Source: Craspedostauros australis (lineage: Eukaryota). From it: a stretch of 43,195 nucleotides of DNA. The position numbers and the translations under genes were made by a program. Of this stretch, positions 10,659-22,600 are shown one piece after another. The stretch spans positions 1-43,195 of the forward strand of contig JALAGF010001683.1 in assembly GCA_030167865.1 (NCBI GenBank), written 5' to 3'. Every line of letters begins with the position of its first letter. The first letter of the stretch is position 1. The notes beneath the pieces were generated by a model. It was not told the origin of the DNA and made no database searches. It saw only the letters and a program-made list of their open reading frames with translations.

Positions 10659-12725
10659 TCAAACCGCCAAGGCAATCGCCGAGATTGCACCACACAGTAT
10701 CACGCAAAGCCAAGCTGAATGACGCGTGCTTGAAGCTGATTGAGTCGTCGGCTGCGCTGTCGGCAATTCCAACCACGGCTTCGGTGTGACGTCAAACACA
10801 TGCTCGATCTCCAAACCGAAATCGCCACCTGAGAACAGGATTTCCCCAGAGCCAACGTCGCCATACCATACCGTGTAGCTTCCATTCGAACGGAATCCAC
10901 GACCTTCGTTTGATGTCATGGTCAGTCGGAATGTGTGCGTGATGGGAGGAGGTGAGTCGCGCGTGATCAGGATCCGCAACGGCAGGACTTCAGTAACAGA
11001 CTCTCCGCCTTGTCCAAATGCGTACGTTCCTGGATAGGCGACTTGCAGCGCTTCGTACTCGCCGTTCACCAACCGACGCTCCAGCTTGTATCCAATCTCA
11101 TCAGGCCGTATATCGAATCGCATGAAGAGCGAGATGAACTCTCCCAGTTGCGTCGGTGCGGATGTTGGCGCAGCGGATGTCGTTGGCAATGTTGTGATCG
11201 TCGGTGATAGTGTTGGAGGGTTTCCGACTATGAATGCGGCATCGTAGGAATACCCCGTATGTCTCTTTCCATCCTGCTGCTGCTGGGCATCGCTATCAAA
11301 CAGAACCGTGTCGGTTCGATTTTCGATCACCACCATGTCAAGCTCGCCGCGTAATCTTCTGTGGCCATCGCCGTAGCTGTCCAGCACCGTGAGCACGTAC
11401 TGCCGATCATCCGGAACCGACACGTAGTCTGTCACGATCTCGTACTGCTGGGTGATATTGTATGAGAAGATCGGTTGGTATGCAATGGTGATCCATGGGC
11501 TTCCCGTTGTATCCCCATGTTGCTGTTGCTGCCGTCTACTTCCCACTGACATCCCCTCTGGCTGTCCTGCTCTTCCATCTGCCTCCTTTTGCAACATCCT
11601 CAACACCCAACCTCGCTGATGAGGAGACACATCGAGCCGATGTCGTATCCTCAACGTGACCATGTCAACACCCTCATTCCACTTGGGCGTGGAGGATCCA
11701 TCGTTGAGGATGCTTGGATGTTCGCCTGCACAACCGTAGTCGTGTGATGCATACTCGGATTCACGGCATATGGTCTCGTGGATCCACTGTCGCACATTGG
11801 AAACCCGAGCATACAGCCCCGGCAGCGTGGGATGCGCACATCCAAAACCGGCGGATGTGATCCCCGCTTGCACAAATTGCTCCTGAGACGGGCGGTGAGG
11901 ATCGAATGTGTTCGTGCTGGCGCCCGCGGTTATCCCAGTGCCAGTGGTTGTCCCACTATCGTCGCTCGACAGAAACAGCAGCGGGCCGCCAGAATCTCCT
12001 TGGCACGTGTCAGTGGCATCCACGTTGTTCATGGCACAGAGAGTCACATCAATCACCCGGTTGCTGTATGTGATGTTGATGTTACGGAATACTCCAGTGA
12101 TATCCTTGCATTCGTCATTTGGAATGTAGTAGACTGTGGTCTGTTGTAGCTCGTTTGTGCTTACGGTTGGATCGCTTTCATTTGTTGTGCCCCATCCAAG
12201 GGCCATCAGCGCATCGCCTTTCTGGAGACGTGAGTCATCCGCCCTCCCTTTCCCCTTCTTCATGAGAGGAATCGGCTGTATTTGAGAGCTTCCAAAGAGT
12301 TTCACCACAGCCACATCATGCGGATCTGAATCGGTAACGAAGTTCGAGAAATACTCGGGATGATTGATGATCTTCTCCACCACATACATTTCGTAGTTCT
12401 CTGCATCATCATGGATGTTGTGGCGATTCATCTGAATGGCGCCGAATGATTGCGCGCAATGGGATGCAGTGAGAACGATGTCCGGCGCGATCAAGGTGCC
12501 TCCGCACACATGCTTCAGGCCATCGGTGAGGCTTGACATGAAGGGAAAGCTGAACTTGGGATCCACCACTTGACCATTGATGATCCTGGGCCGTGGACCG
12601 AAGTCAGACAACATGTGTCCATCATCTGTTGCATGTACCCATGGACAAAAGTCCCCAATGATCAAGGCAAAGACGCCGATGGAGCTGATCATGAAGTTGG
12701 TCATGGAGCAGGTGTTGGAATGCAT
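10659..12725 (-). CDS. Secreted, probably GPI- or membrane-anchored trypsin-like (S1) serine protease with two C-terminal repeated domains and PT-rich linkers
   Basis: Hydrophobic signal region; activation site R-IING; CGGTLIAPDIVLTASHC (His); HDVAVVKL (Asp); DTCQGDSGGPL (Ser, with S1-pocket Asp); PGLYARVS; PTLSPT/APTSAPT linker; hydrophobic C-terminus. Confidence 0.95.
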   Translation of the reverse strand: MHSNTCSMTNFMISSIGVFALIIGDFCPWVHATDDGHMLSDFGPRPRIINGQVVDPKFSFPFMSSLTDGLKHVCGGTLIAPDIVLTASHCAQSFGAIQMNRHNIHDDAENYEMYVVEKIINHPEYFSNFVTDSDPHDVAVVKLFGSSQIQPIPLMKKGKGRADDSRLQKGDALMALGWGTTNESDPTVSTNELQQTTVYYIPNDECKDITGVFRNINITYSNRVIDVTLCAMNNVDATDTCQGDSGGPLLFLSSDDSGTTTGTGITAGASTNTFDPHRPSQEQFVQAGITSAGFGCAHPTLPGLYARVSNVRQWIHETICRESEYASHDYGCAGEHPSILNDGSSTPKWNEGVDMVTLRIRHRLDVSPHQRGWVLRMLQKEADGRAGQPEGMSVGSRRQQQQHGDTTGSPWITIAYQPIFSYNITQQYEIVTDYVSVPDDRQYVLTVLDSYGDGHRRLRGELDMVVIENRTDTVLFDSDAQQQQDGKRHTGYSYDAAFIVGNPPTLSPTITTLPTTSAAPTSAPTQLGEFISLFMRFDIRPDEIGYKLERRLVNGEYEALQVAYPGTYAFGQGGESVTEVLPLRILITRDSPPPITHTFRLTMTSNEGRGFRSNGSYTVWYGDVGSGEILFSGGDFGLEIEHVFDVTPKPWLELPTAQPTTQSASSTRHSAWLCVILCGAISAIALAV

Positions 12726-14118
12726 CGTGTGCTGGAGTGCCAGATATGTCTATCATGCGGCATCAGCACGACACCTGATCGAGACTGTGTGAGCACGTCG
12801 ACACCTGCCTTTGCCCTTGTGGTGAGTGAGTGGCTGGTGCTTCCAAACCATCCCTCTCTACTCATACACGTAGTACGACTACTCGTGTCATCGCCGCGAC
12901 CACCATCGCATCGTTTCAGCTCTCCTCCTCATTCATCACATCAACAGAGGGTCAGAAACGCGCTCACAACTTTCGCCGTGTTTCGCAAGACCGCGCATTG
13001 TTTGGCGATTTAAAGGACTATGCAAGTCTTCAACATCAATCGTGTCAAAAAGCACATCAAAGACGGTTTTGCTCAATTGAGTCCAAAGGGTCGAACATCA
13101 TAATCCGGCGAAAACAAGTTTGTGTGGCAAACTGTGCCAAGATCGGAGATGGCTCCGTTGTGATGGTCGCCATCCGTTCAACTCGTCATCGCAGCTCGTA
13201 CCTGTCGACCGGCCTGTGTGTCCGTAGCTGCTCGCGAGATTTGGGCAACAAAACGAAGCACCGCAGGAAGGAGTTCACATCGATGGATATCGCAAAGCGA
13301 TGAGGATGAAGCGGGAGGAGTAGAAATCTGGTCTCTGTGGAAATGTAAACACCGTACCTAAGACTACTCTATTCCCCCCTTGTGCGCATCACACTGAGCG
13401 ATGTAAAATTACTATTCGCAACGTGATGATGATTATGTTTCATGTCTCCATTTATCAAGGACAAACGCCGTTGTGTGCAGAACTTGGCGATTGACATCTC
13501 CGCGAGCTACCAAAGGATGAAACCTTGCACTCCTGCTGGTCGCTGGTTGGCTTTCCTGCATTTCCTCTGGTCACCACATGGATTTTTTTTTCATTCCGAC
13601 CAGCCCCCTCACACGTGCGACGGTTATGTGTTTTCATTTCTGCGGGCTGCTCCCCCATGACCACTCTGGTGGAATGGTCGTCGCGTCTCATCTCCGCAAT
13701 AGGCTTTCCATTCTTCTTGGACAACAGTGAATGCTGCAAGCTCGCGCGGCTTCTGAAAACATGAACGTTCGAACTGGCATCTGAACACTCCTACAGCATA
13801 ACTGCAGCTTCCTCCCGCGATAGGTCGGTGGGACTATCTGGGGAAGGAATGTTGTGGCCAAGAGAAGCTTGAAGTGAGAGTTCGATACGCTTATTCGCAG
13901 ACGACGGGGCGAGGCGGCTCAGCAGCGAGATGTGTTGACATCAACAGATTGCTCTGCACAACGATGCTTACCGCACGAGTTTTCACTTCCCCATCCGCCC
14001 ACAATTTCAGTTCGAGGGCCACTACATTCACAAATCAAGCAATTCATCAAGATCAATGCAACCGCAATACCCATGCCACATCTGCAGCTCCCTGTCCGTA
14101 TCAACAGCGCATTCCAAC

Positions 14119-17100
14119 ATGAGTACCCAATCACATCCCTCCAATATCAACCCAGCCATCGCTGTCAACGATATCGAAGCCGGCATCGCCAACGCCAACG
14201 GGAATACCACTGAGCATGAAATCATCCGCAAGTCTCTCACCAACAGCTCTTTCATCGACCATATCAAGTTCGTCGTTGAACGCAAGTCCGACACTGTCTT
14301 CTCCACCTGGTACAACGACAAGGGAAAGGCAGTCAACAACTACACCTTCCAACAGCTCTGGGATGAAGCGGGGCACTGTGCCCACCTCCTTCGCAACAAA
14401 TGGGGCACCAACAAAGGCGACCGCGTCGTCCTCTGTTACGACTTCGGTCTGCACTTCTTCGCCATCTTCCTGGGATGCCTCCGTGCTGGAGTGACAGCCG
14501 TGTTGGTCTACCCTCCGGCACCACCGCTCGTCAAGTCGCTCACCAAGATGAACAAGGTGATCAAGGATTGCGCTCCGGCAATCATCCTCACCCAAACATC
14601 CATCAACCTGCTCCGCGCCGCCGATCGCGCCAACCCAACATCCAAGAGCCGCACCATGTGGCCGAGCGGGGTGAAGTACCAAGTCACCGATCGCATCATC
14701 CGTCACGATCCTTTCGCCACCCATAAGAACAAGAGCACGGGCAACAATAACTCCAACCAGACACAGAAAGGCTTCCTTTCCAACCTCTTCTCTGGCCGCT
14801 CCTCGTCGCCGCCACCTTCCTTCGATGAACCAAACGTCGCAGGATCGGATCTGGCGTTCCTTCAGTACACATCTGGAAGTACCGGTAACCCAAAGGGCGT
14901 CATGGTGACTCATGATGCACTGAGAGCCAACGTTGAGCTCATACAGAGCCAATGGTTAAATTCATTCCGAGACCAGCTGGGTGATATGAGCGCCATCCCA
15001 AAACGCATCGCCACATGCTCTTGGTTGCCGCAGTACCATGACATGGGCCTAATCGAGATGGGCATTGCGCCATTGGCAGGCGCTTTCCGTTCTCACATGA
15101 TATCACCGGTCTCGTTCATCCGCAACCCGTTGCTCTGGATTGATCTCATGTCCCAGCACAAGTGCCACATCAGTGCCGCTCCCGACTTTGCCTATCGGTT
15201 AGTCACCCGCAAGTTCAACGAGGCCAAGCCAAATCTTACTCACAAGCTGGACCTCTCCAGCGTGCTTCATCTCCAGAACGCCGCAGAGCCAATCCGGCTG
15301 GACACGGAAAAGCACTTCTCTGACGCATTCTGTTCGTATGGCTTGCGCAAGGACTGGTTCCTCGCAGCATACGGACTGGCGGAGAACGTTGTCGGCGTCA
15401 GCTACAACCATGGCTCTCATCTTTCCACCATCCGCGAAGGCGAAGATCTCCAACCATTCATCGCCGTCGCGCATCGCAGCAATCTGCACAGCTCCGTCGA
15501 TATCATCATCGTGGACCCGGATACCCGAGTGCAACGTCCCAACAACAACGTCACGGGAGAAATCTGGATCGCCGGGGCCTCTGTGACTGCTGGGTACTAC
15601 AATCAGCCACAGCTCACCGCCGAAACGTTCCAAGCTACACTCCGGCGTGATTCAGCATGCGATGCCGATGGCAAGATGTACTTGCGGACAGGTGACTACG
15701 GATTCTTCCAAGATGATCACCTCTTCATTTGTGGACGCAAGAAGGACATCATCATCGTCAACGGTGTCAACTACTACCCGCAAGATATCGAGCATGCCGT
15801 TGAAGAGGCCTCATCTGCCGTCCGTCCAGGGTGTGTCGCGGCATTCTCATCTGATGAAACCGGCAACGATGGACAGCTCGAGATCGTCTTTGAGATCCGA
15901 GCCAATCATGCAGACGATGCCGCAACAGTCTGTCAGGAGATCAGAAAGGTCGTGATTGAGCACATCGGATTGGCACCTGTTACAATCGCAGCCATCAAGG
16001 AACGCACCATCTCCAAAACAACAAGCGGCAAGATCCAGAGACGTTCTAACCGACTGCGCTTGCATGATGGAGACCAGAAGATGGTGCTGGACGTGATTGG
16101 AAAGTCACACTTCTTCAGTACACAGGATGGCGACATTGCAAGCCAACCCAAACGCCTCTCGTTGAGGAAATCCGTCATCGAAGATGTCGACATCAGAGAC
16201 ATGGACTTTTGTGAGCTTGTGAAGAGCTGCATTGGATCAGACGCCAAGGCCGAAGATACGTGGAAGGACGTTGGGCTATCATCCATGATGGAGCTTGAGC
16301 TGCGACAGTCTCTTGCTCAACGATACAACACATCCCTCCCTTCCAACTGCTTCGAGCTGTTCCCGACAGTCGTAGACTTGGAAATATTCCTGGAGGCATC
16401 TACTGGGCAGGCGCTGCCAACCAGCCTTCCAAAACTCAAGAGACTTGTCACCTTTCCAGATGAGAAACCGCTTGCACCNNNNNNNNNNNNNNNNNNNNNN
16501 NNNNNNNNNNNNNNNNNCATCCTCTTCATGTTCGCACTTCCCATCGTGCCCGCCTACGAGATTGGGAAGGTGCTGGTCAACGACGATCGCGCCTACGAGC
16601 TCTTCTTCATTGATCTCTCTCCGTACGTGTGGGTGTGGTATCCACTCGTTGTCCCGTTCTGGGCCATCACGTTCACCATCGAAGTCGTTCTCGCAAAGTG
16701 GATCGTCATTGGCAGATACAGAGAGGGGTACATCAGTCAGACCGACATTTACTTTCTTCGATGGTGGTTCGTGGATCGGCTTGTGCACATCTGGGAGAGC
16801 TTCCTTGGACGCTTCATCATGGGCACCCCATTGTTGGCGTTCTTCGATTACTTGATGGGAGCGAATGTGCATGCATCATCGAGCATCGATGCATTCATCC
16901 GTGAGTTCGATCTCGTGGATATCGGTCCCGATGCCACGGTGAGCGAGGGTATCCGGTGTCGCATGTTCGGCCCGTGCAAAGACGGTTGCCAAGGCCCCAC
17001 CTTGAGATTCCGCACGATCAAAGTTGGAGCAAGTGCAGACATCAAGGGCATTCTTTGTCCTGGAGTCAAGGTTGGGTCCAACTGCCAAGTCTCTCGCACA

Positions 17101-18678
17101 TCTGTGCTAGTGGAAGGAGCACAAGCACTGCCCAACACTACCATCCGCGGCAATCCAGGCTTCATCCATTCCACACGCACGCATGGAGCCACAGACGCAG
17201 ACGCTGGCAGTAGCAATGACAGTCTGGAGATAGCGACAAGCGAAACTCGCCCCACCACACATTCCACCGCGGGTAATCGCAGATGGATCATATTGGGTGC
17301 GATGAAAATGCTGTGGTTGCTGGTGGAACTTTACTTCGCTTTCACCTGCTTTCTGGTGGTCGATATTCTGGTCCGGGATGAGTTGCCAGACTGGAGGTAT
17401 GCGAGGCTGCTCTATTGGATTACTTCCATTGGCCTAACTTCCACATTCTTCATCGTTTCCAGCATCATGCTCAAGTGGGTGATAATCGGCAAAAGACGGC
17501 CAGGTCCCGCATGTCAGAGCGTATCATCGGAACTTGCCAGCTGGGCATGTGACTTCCACTACAGCCTTGGAAGAGCCGTGCCATATGGATTGACGTTTCA
17601 CTCATCGATTTGGAATGTCATCCTCATGGCATTCGGGATGGACATTGATCTTCAATCGCATGTCTCAGCGCATGGCTTCCTTCCATCCCAGCTGGACCTC
17701 ATCACAGTCAAACGATCCTTCGTGTCCAAATCTACCTTCCACATCGAAGAGCATGGCCAATACAAAGCCATCAAGGTTGAAGACAGCAGCATCGGGTTGG
17801 ACGTGGTCTGCGGCCCAGGCGTGACGGTCAGCAAATCCCTAGTGTCTCCAGCCACGTACGTCACCACCAACCTGGTCCACGATCAACACGATCCAAGAAA
17901 CAGACCTCCCACAGGTTGGGAGTTGATGCGGATCACCTTCCTGAACACGATCCTGTACATCATCATGCTGGTCATGGTCGCTGCCAGCTTCATTCCAGCA
18001 TTCGAGCTGTGGATGAATGTCATCAAGCCACAGACGCCTATAGGTGCGGTGCCGGTTGTCGTGGTGTGCGTCATCATCCAGACCGGCGTTTGGCTCATCC
18101 TGTTGCGAGCAGTTGAGCTACTTACGCTAGCGGGAAGTGGCAGCCGCACCGAACCATGGTGCGTTCCATTGTACATGGTCTACCAATCCTTGTGCTACTC
18201 GGTCCAAGTCTGGTCCTTCGTGTCGCTTTTGTGGGGCACACCGATGATGAATGCAATGCTCCGACTGCAGGGTGCAGATGTACAGGGAAGATTGTTGTAC
18301 TTTGGCTTCCGGATCTACGAAGTTGCCCTGGCAACCTTTGGGGATGGAGTTGTGGTGGACGAATCAGGCATCTCTGGTCATTACGGCGTATTCTCGACGA
18401 TCACTCTGGGAAGATGCTACATCGATGGCATCATGCACCAACATTCATTTGCATTGACGCGGAGCGTACCAATGACCCAAACTGCATGTCCAAGCACAAT
18501 TGAGCACGCTCCAGGAAAGATGGTTGGCGATTTCGGACCATCGTGCTTGAAGCAGCAGCAGCGTCCGCAGCTGTCGATGGGCGATGGAGCGTCTGAAGAA
18601 CTGTCGGCAAAAGCGGAACAAGAAGGATCAGGAAATACTGCGACCACGGTGAGCGATATTCAAGAATCTTGTGTCTGA
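14119..18678 (+). CDS. NRPS-like membrane enzyme: FAAL-type adenylation domain + phosphopantetheine carrier + Pls/PosA-type terminal region (three TM-pair/beta-helix modules)
   Basis: FAAL motifs: LAFLQYTSGSTGNPKGVMVTH, SWLPQYHDMGLI, AYGLAE, YLRTGDYGF, GRKKDIIIVNGVNYYPQDIE, KTTSGKIQR. Carrier motif DVGLSSMM (~16267-16290). Then KWIVIGRYREG..YFLRWW..GTPL..LMGANV..DLVDIG..GNP, KWVIIGK and WGTP..LRLQGADV. A 39-N gap at 16479-16517 lies inside the ORF. Alternative start at 14056. Confidence 0.9.
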   Translation: MSTQSHPSNINPAIAVNDIEAGIANANGNTTEHEIIRKSLTNSSFIDHIKFVVERKSDTVFSTWYNDKGKAVNNYTFQQLWDEAGHCAHLLRNKWGTNKGDRVVLCYDFGLHFFAIFLGCLRAGVTAVLVYPPAPPLVKSLTKMNKVIKDCAPAIILTQTSINLLRAADRANPTSKSRTMWPSGVKYQVTDRIIRHDPFATHKNKSTGNNNSNQTQKGFLSNLFSGRSSSPPPSFDEPNVAGSDLAFLQYTSGSTGNPKGVMVTHDALRANVELIQSQWLNSFRDQLGDMSAIPKRIATCSWLPQYHDMGLIEMGIAPLAGAFRSHMISPVSFIRNPLLWIDLMSQHKCHISAAPDFAYRLVTRKFNEAKPNLTHKLDLSSVLHLQNAAEPIRLDTEKHFSDAFCSYGLRKDWFLAAYGLAENVVGVSYNHGSHLSTIREGEDLQPFIAVAHRSNLHSSVDIIIVDPDTRVQRPNNNVTGEIWIAGASVTAGYYNQPQLTAETFQATLRRDSACDADGKMYLRTGDYGFFQDDHLFICGRKKDIIIVNGVNYYPQDIEHAVEEASSAVRPGCVAAFSSDETGNDGQLEIVFEIRANHADDAATVCQEIRKVVIEHIGLAPVTIAAIKERTISKTTSGKIQRRSNRLRLHDGDQKMVLDVIGKSHFFSTQDGDIASQPKRLSLRKSVIEDVDIRDMDFCELVKSCIGSDAKAEDTWKDVGLSSMMELELRQSLAQRYNTSLPSNCFELFPTVVDLEIFLEASTGQALPTSLPKLKRLVTFPDEKPLAXXXXXXXXXXXXXXILFMFALPIVPAYEIGKVLVNDDRAYELFFIDLSPYVWVWYPLVVPFWAITFTIEVVLAKWIVIGRYREGYISQTDIYFLRWWFVDRLVHIWESFLGRFIMGTPLLAFFDYLMGANVHASSSIDAFIREFDLVDIGPDATVSEGIRCRMFGPCKDGCQGPTLRFRTIKVGASADIKGILCPGVKVGSNCQVSRTSVLVEGAQALPNTTIRGNPGFIHSTRTHGATDADAGSSNDSLEIATSETRPTTHSTAGNRRWIILGAMKMLWLLVELYFAFTCFLVVDILVRDELPDWRYARLLYWITSIGLTSTFFIVSSIMLKWVIIGKRRPGPACQSVSSELASWACDFHYSLGRAVPYGLTFHSSIWNVILMAFGMDIDLQSHVSAHGFLPSQLDLITVKRSFVSKSTFHIEEHGQYKAIKVEDSSIGLDVVCGPGVTVSKSLVSPATYVTTNLVHDQHDPRNRPPTGWELMRITFLNTILYIIMLVMVAASFIPAFELWMNVIKPQTPIGAVPVVVVCVIIQTGVWLILLRAVELLTLAGSGSRTEPWCVPLYMVYQSLCYSVQVWSFVSLLWGTPMMNAMLRLQGADVQGRLLYFGFRIYEVALATFGDGVVVDESGISGHYGVFSTITLGRCYIDGIMHQHSFALTRSVPMTQTACPSTIEHAPGKMVGDFGPSCLKQQQRPQLSMGDGASEELSAKAEQEGSGNTATTVSDIQESCV

Positions 18679-19411
18679 TTGCTCACATTCAGCGGTGTGA
18701 TTACTTGAACATGTGGTCACAACAGTGTCGTAGAAGTAATTTACTGCAAAATCGGTTGCTCTGCTCTCCTACTAGCCGCGACTGCTTCAATCAGATATGG
18801 TGTTGCGAATCCGTTCTCTGTGGCACATTAATGATGAGCGCTCTACGACGGTTCCTCATTTTCTCCACCGCAATTGCTGCCGTACCAGTATCGTTGTTCC
18901 GACATTGCATTCATCAGCCACGGTCGCATTCGCTTGCGAGGGACGGAACGATGATGACGGTTGTAGCCTGCCTCCTGCGTTGGCGTTTGCCACAGCGCGG
19001 GCTTCTGCAGTTGGCGAACCGGCTAGTATCATCGCGGTCGTCATCAATGTGGCTGTTGCTGTTGCCGCCGTCGCTGCCGGAATTGGATGCATCCATTCAG
19101 CGTCACTCGCACGGTGCAAGACACATCCCACCTTGAACCAGCCGCAGGGGATTGGTGTGGACGCAGGTATGACCACTCGACGCCGGCACTGTTGTCGACG
19201 GAGGGTTGGACCCTCCAATACGAAGAATGGTCGCATATCGAGCTGTTGGAAGGAGGCGGACAGTGTTGGAAGTTGCGGCAGCGCGAACGCGCCCTCAGGC
19301 ATCAACCACCAATCAACTCAGGATCAAGCCACCGCACTGCCGCCGCATGTGCCCACATCACATCCACTTCGGAACGTCCTCATTCATCACACAAACCACC
19401 ACAAAAAACAA

Positions 19412-19476
19412 GCGCGAAAACACGATCGAGATGCATGGCAGTTACAAAACGTTAACCGTGACATCAATTTCCCGCC
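19412..19476. promoter_or_regulatory. Two E2F-consensus sites upstream of the 1080-aa gene
   Basis: GCGCGAAA at 19412-19419 (reverse complement TTTCGCGC) and TTTCCCGCC at 19468-19476 match TTTSSCGC. Confidence 0.35.
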
Positions 19477-19655
19477 GAAAAGGTGGCGCAACGGTTTGGC
19501 CAAAGACGAACAACATCCAAACTCCTGACATCTTGGGCGCAGACGATCATCGCTGCCCGTCAACGCACACTTCCACGGCTGCGAATACGAAAACGAAGGC
19601 CCCTGGACAAGAGGACCTCATGGCAAAACAACGCAAGGCAAGCATCTGACTCCAC

Positions 19656-22600
19656 ATGTCATATACTGTACAAGATGCAGAAGCCGCATGCGACGGTTTG
19701 GCGAGGGCCGTAGATCGCCTGCTGGATCGCTATGAGCAACGCAACAAGAGCGGGAAGCTTGTGCCCGCAAAGATCCGCCAAAGTACCCGCATCCTCGTTC
19801 GGCACATTCGCTACTGCTTCGTGACATTGACGAGGAAACGAATAGCGTTGGTGGCGTTGCTGCAATGGTACGGATCGGTGGTTTGGAAGGAGTTGGTGGA
19901 TGGCGAACGACTGCAGCGCATGGACATCGCAGAACTGACCGCGACGTTCCAGCACATGATGCAGGTCATGCTGATCGCGATCGATGGCATGGTGATGCTG
20001 ACGAGCGGCGAGTGCCGCCATTCTGGAGATGTGCGAACCGCCGCCAAGCTCAAGTTCTTCAAGTCCAGACTCGGGACGCTTTCCACCAGGTCCGACGGCT
20101 ACACCTGCTTGTACAAATCGAGTGCGACCTACTCCGGATTTGGCTGGGACGAATGGGCCAACGAGGACGTTGGCTTGCACGTTCGGCTGTGCGAGTGTTT
20201 GGCACCGTATCACAACAAGTCACGCAGCAATGACCTTGTGTGGGACTACCTGCTTGCCAACGGATGCCAGATGCTCGATTCTTTGCTGGATCAGCACGAG
20301 ACGGCGATGCGGCAGGTGCACGACCAAATCAACGAGCTCAAGAACCGCGTATTGCAGGACTTGCAAACGCAGCTCCTGCCGCTGCAGCTGTCGTTCAGGA
20401 CACAAGATAAGATGGAGCAGTTTCACATCCAGCTCGCGACCAATGCAAGGACGCATGGGACCTCCGAGCCTGCCATTAGCATCAAGCTTCAGCGCAGGGG
20501 TGATAACTTCCAGGTGTCTAATCCATTGGGCGTTCTGCCTGATCGCTACACGTCGTCATCTGATTGGGAGACGGCGCTTCCAACTCCGTGGAGCACCGAC
20601 ACGCAAGAAGTCTTCGTGAGAAAGAAGGTCGCCTCGGCGATAGCTCCAGAATCACGCCCAGGAACCTCGTCACACAAACGCAAGAGACGGCATGCGGTCA
20701 TTGACGACGACGATGACGACGATGAACATGAAGATGAAAACACGAGTGGCGGTGGCCGCAGAGCCGAAAGTGGTGCTAGTGGTGGTGGATCAGGAAAAGA
20801 TGAGAGTACAGAGCACAAACGAAAAATCAATGCCGATGATACCCCGACGAATACCGCAGAGTTATCCGCGAAATGCGCAGCATCATCGAGAGCGGCAACG
20901 AAAGGCGTTGGCCTGATCGTGCGCGTGGAGAAAGATCACACGAAGGAAGAACGGGAGGAATCATTGAATGCGATCAAGCAGCAAATGGGGGTGAGCGTTG
21001 CATCCATGCAGGCATCTCATGACCACCTGTTGGAGGAAGGCAAACAAGCAAGCATCCAAAATCCCTCGGCGGCTGCGTCTGCGTCTGCGTCTGCATCGAA
21101 CCAGTTGCGTCAAGGTATTCACCAACGCCGAGGCTCACGCAATGGAAGCGAAACAGCTGCTAGCCATGAGAATGCCTATGCATGGAATGATGATGCAGTG
21201 ATTGAACGGAGCCGCAAGAAGGTCGACGCTATGAATGCCATTCTCAAACGAGTACATGCGCGGCCCAGTATCGATATTCATGAGGTTTGGGATGCACGAG
21301 AGATCACTCGTGAGGCCAACATGACGTTCGGAAATGATCTGCTGTGGGCGGAGGATACATCCATCGCGGCTGATGCGCGCTACGAGCAGGCTGTGCACGC
21401 ATTCCTGACTGCAGAGCAGCTTGTCGTGGAGCAGCGGAAGGAACATGGGACGTCGTTGGTGGATTGGGACGAGCGCTTGATCGAACGGAACTTATGCCTG
21501 CTGCTGGGCCAGGCGCAAGTCAATCGCGGGATCGCGTACTGCGAATGGGGAAGGCAGTACTCCAAGACAAAGCCCTCTGTGGCGAGCAACTACGCGAAGC
21601 TTGCACTGATGCATCTAACTGATGCAAATGTAACGGCCAAGGAACTCAGGGGCATGTCACTTCGCGACCGATCAAGGTTGAACAATCAACCTTCGTTGCA
21701 ACACCGTGATTGGGCAGGAGCCGAGGTAGATTTGCTGCATGCAGACAAGCTGGAGATTCTTTCGAGACGATGGAAAGGTATTATTGTCTGGACCATCCCA
21801 AATGATGCATTGTCACCAGCACCGCCGTCATCGTCGGTGTCGACCGCAGCGGTGGCAGGTCTACCTCTGCGAAGGAATACCGCGGACCTTGGCCGAGAGC
21901 ATTCTGCTTCCGTTGCTGAATTTGAACAGGCGATGGCGCTCTTTTACACACATCGCTTCACGGACCGACACTGGAAAGATCAAGACGTCGCCCAATCCAT
22001 CATCGAGTTGGGGATGGAGTGCATCGATTCCGGTCTGGTGGCATCCGACTTGGGTCACCAAGAATTGCAGCGGCTCGTGGAACACGAACGCAGGAAGAAA
22101 TCAAACTCTGACGTGTGGAAGCAAAATGGAAACATCGTAATGGAGCATTGCGTTGCCACGTTCTTGTCCAAATGCGCCAAGGTGCGAGACTCTCTCCAGT
22201 CTCTCAAGCAGAAGTCGACATGTGTCTCCACACTTGACCTGGCCATGCGGGAACATGGGGTGCTGGATGCAAATGATATACGACGCCAATTGAAGGACCT
22301 GAAGACGTGGTGGAATGACGCGACCACGAGAGGACCTGCACAATTGAATCAAAGCACACCAAATCACCCTTCGATCACGCAAAGACCATTCCAACGCAAC
22401 GAATTGGTGGGAACTCCCATTGTTCCCGTCATGCTCGACAGCGCTCAGAGATATCGTGGCCACCACAGGCGGAGGCAGCAAACAACCCATCAGAATGTGG
22501 GCGATGGGTCTACTACCAGTATCAACCATGCAGGTGGTGATGAACGCGATGAATTCATGGCCTCCACGGACGGCGTCGACGCTCCCCTCGCAAACAACGA

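Noticed and set aside
18669-19650. Overlapping ORFs 18797-19528 (+) and 18856-19305 (-)
   Set aside because: No motif support and no consistent frame. A small or spliced gene cannot be excluded, but I cannot support one.
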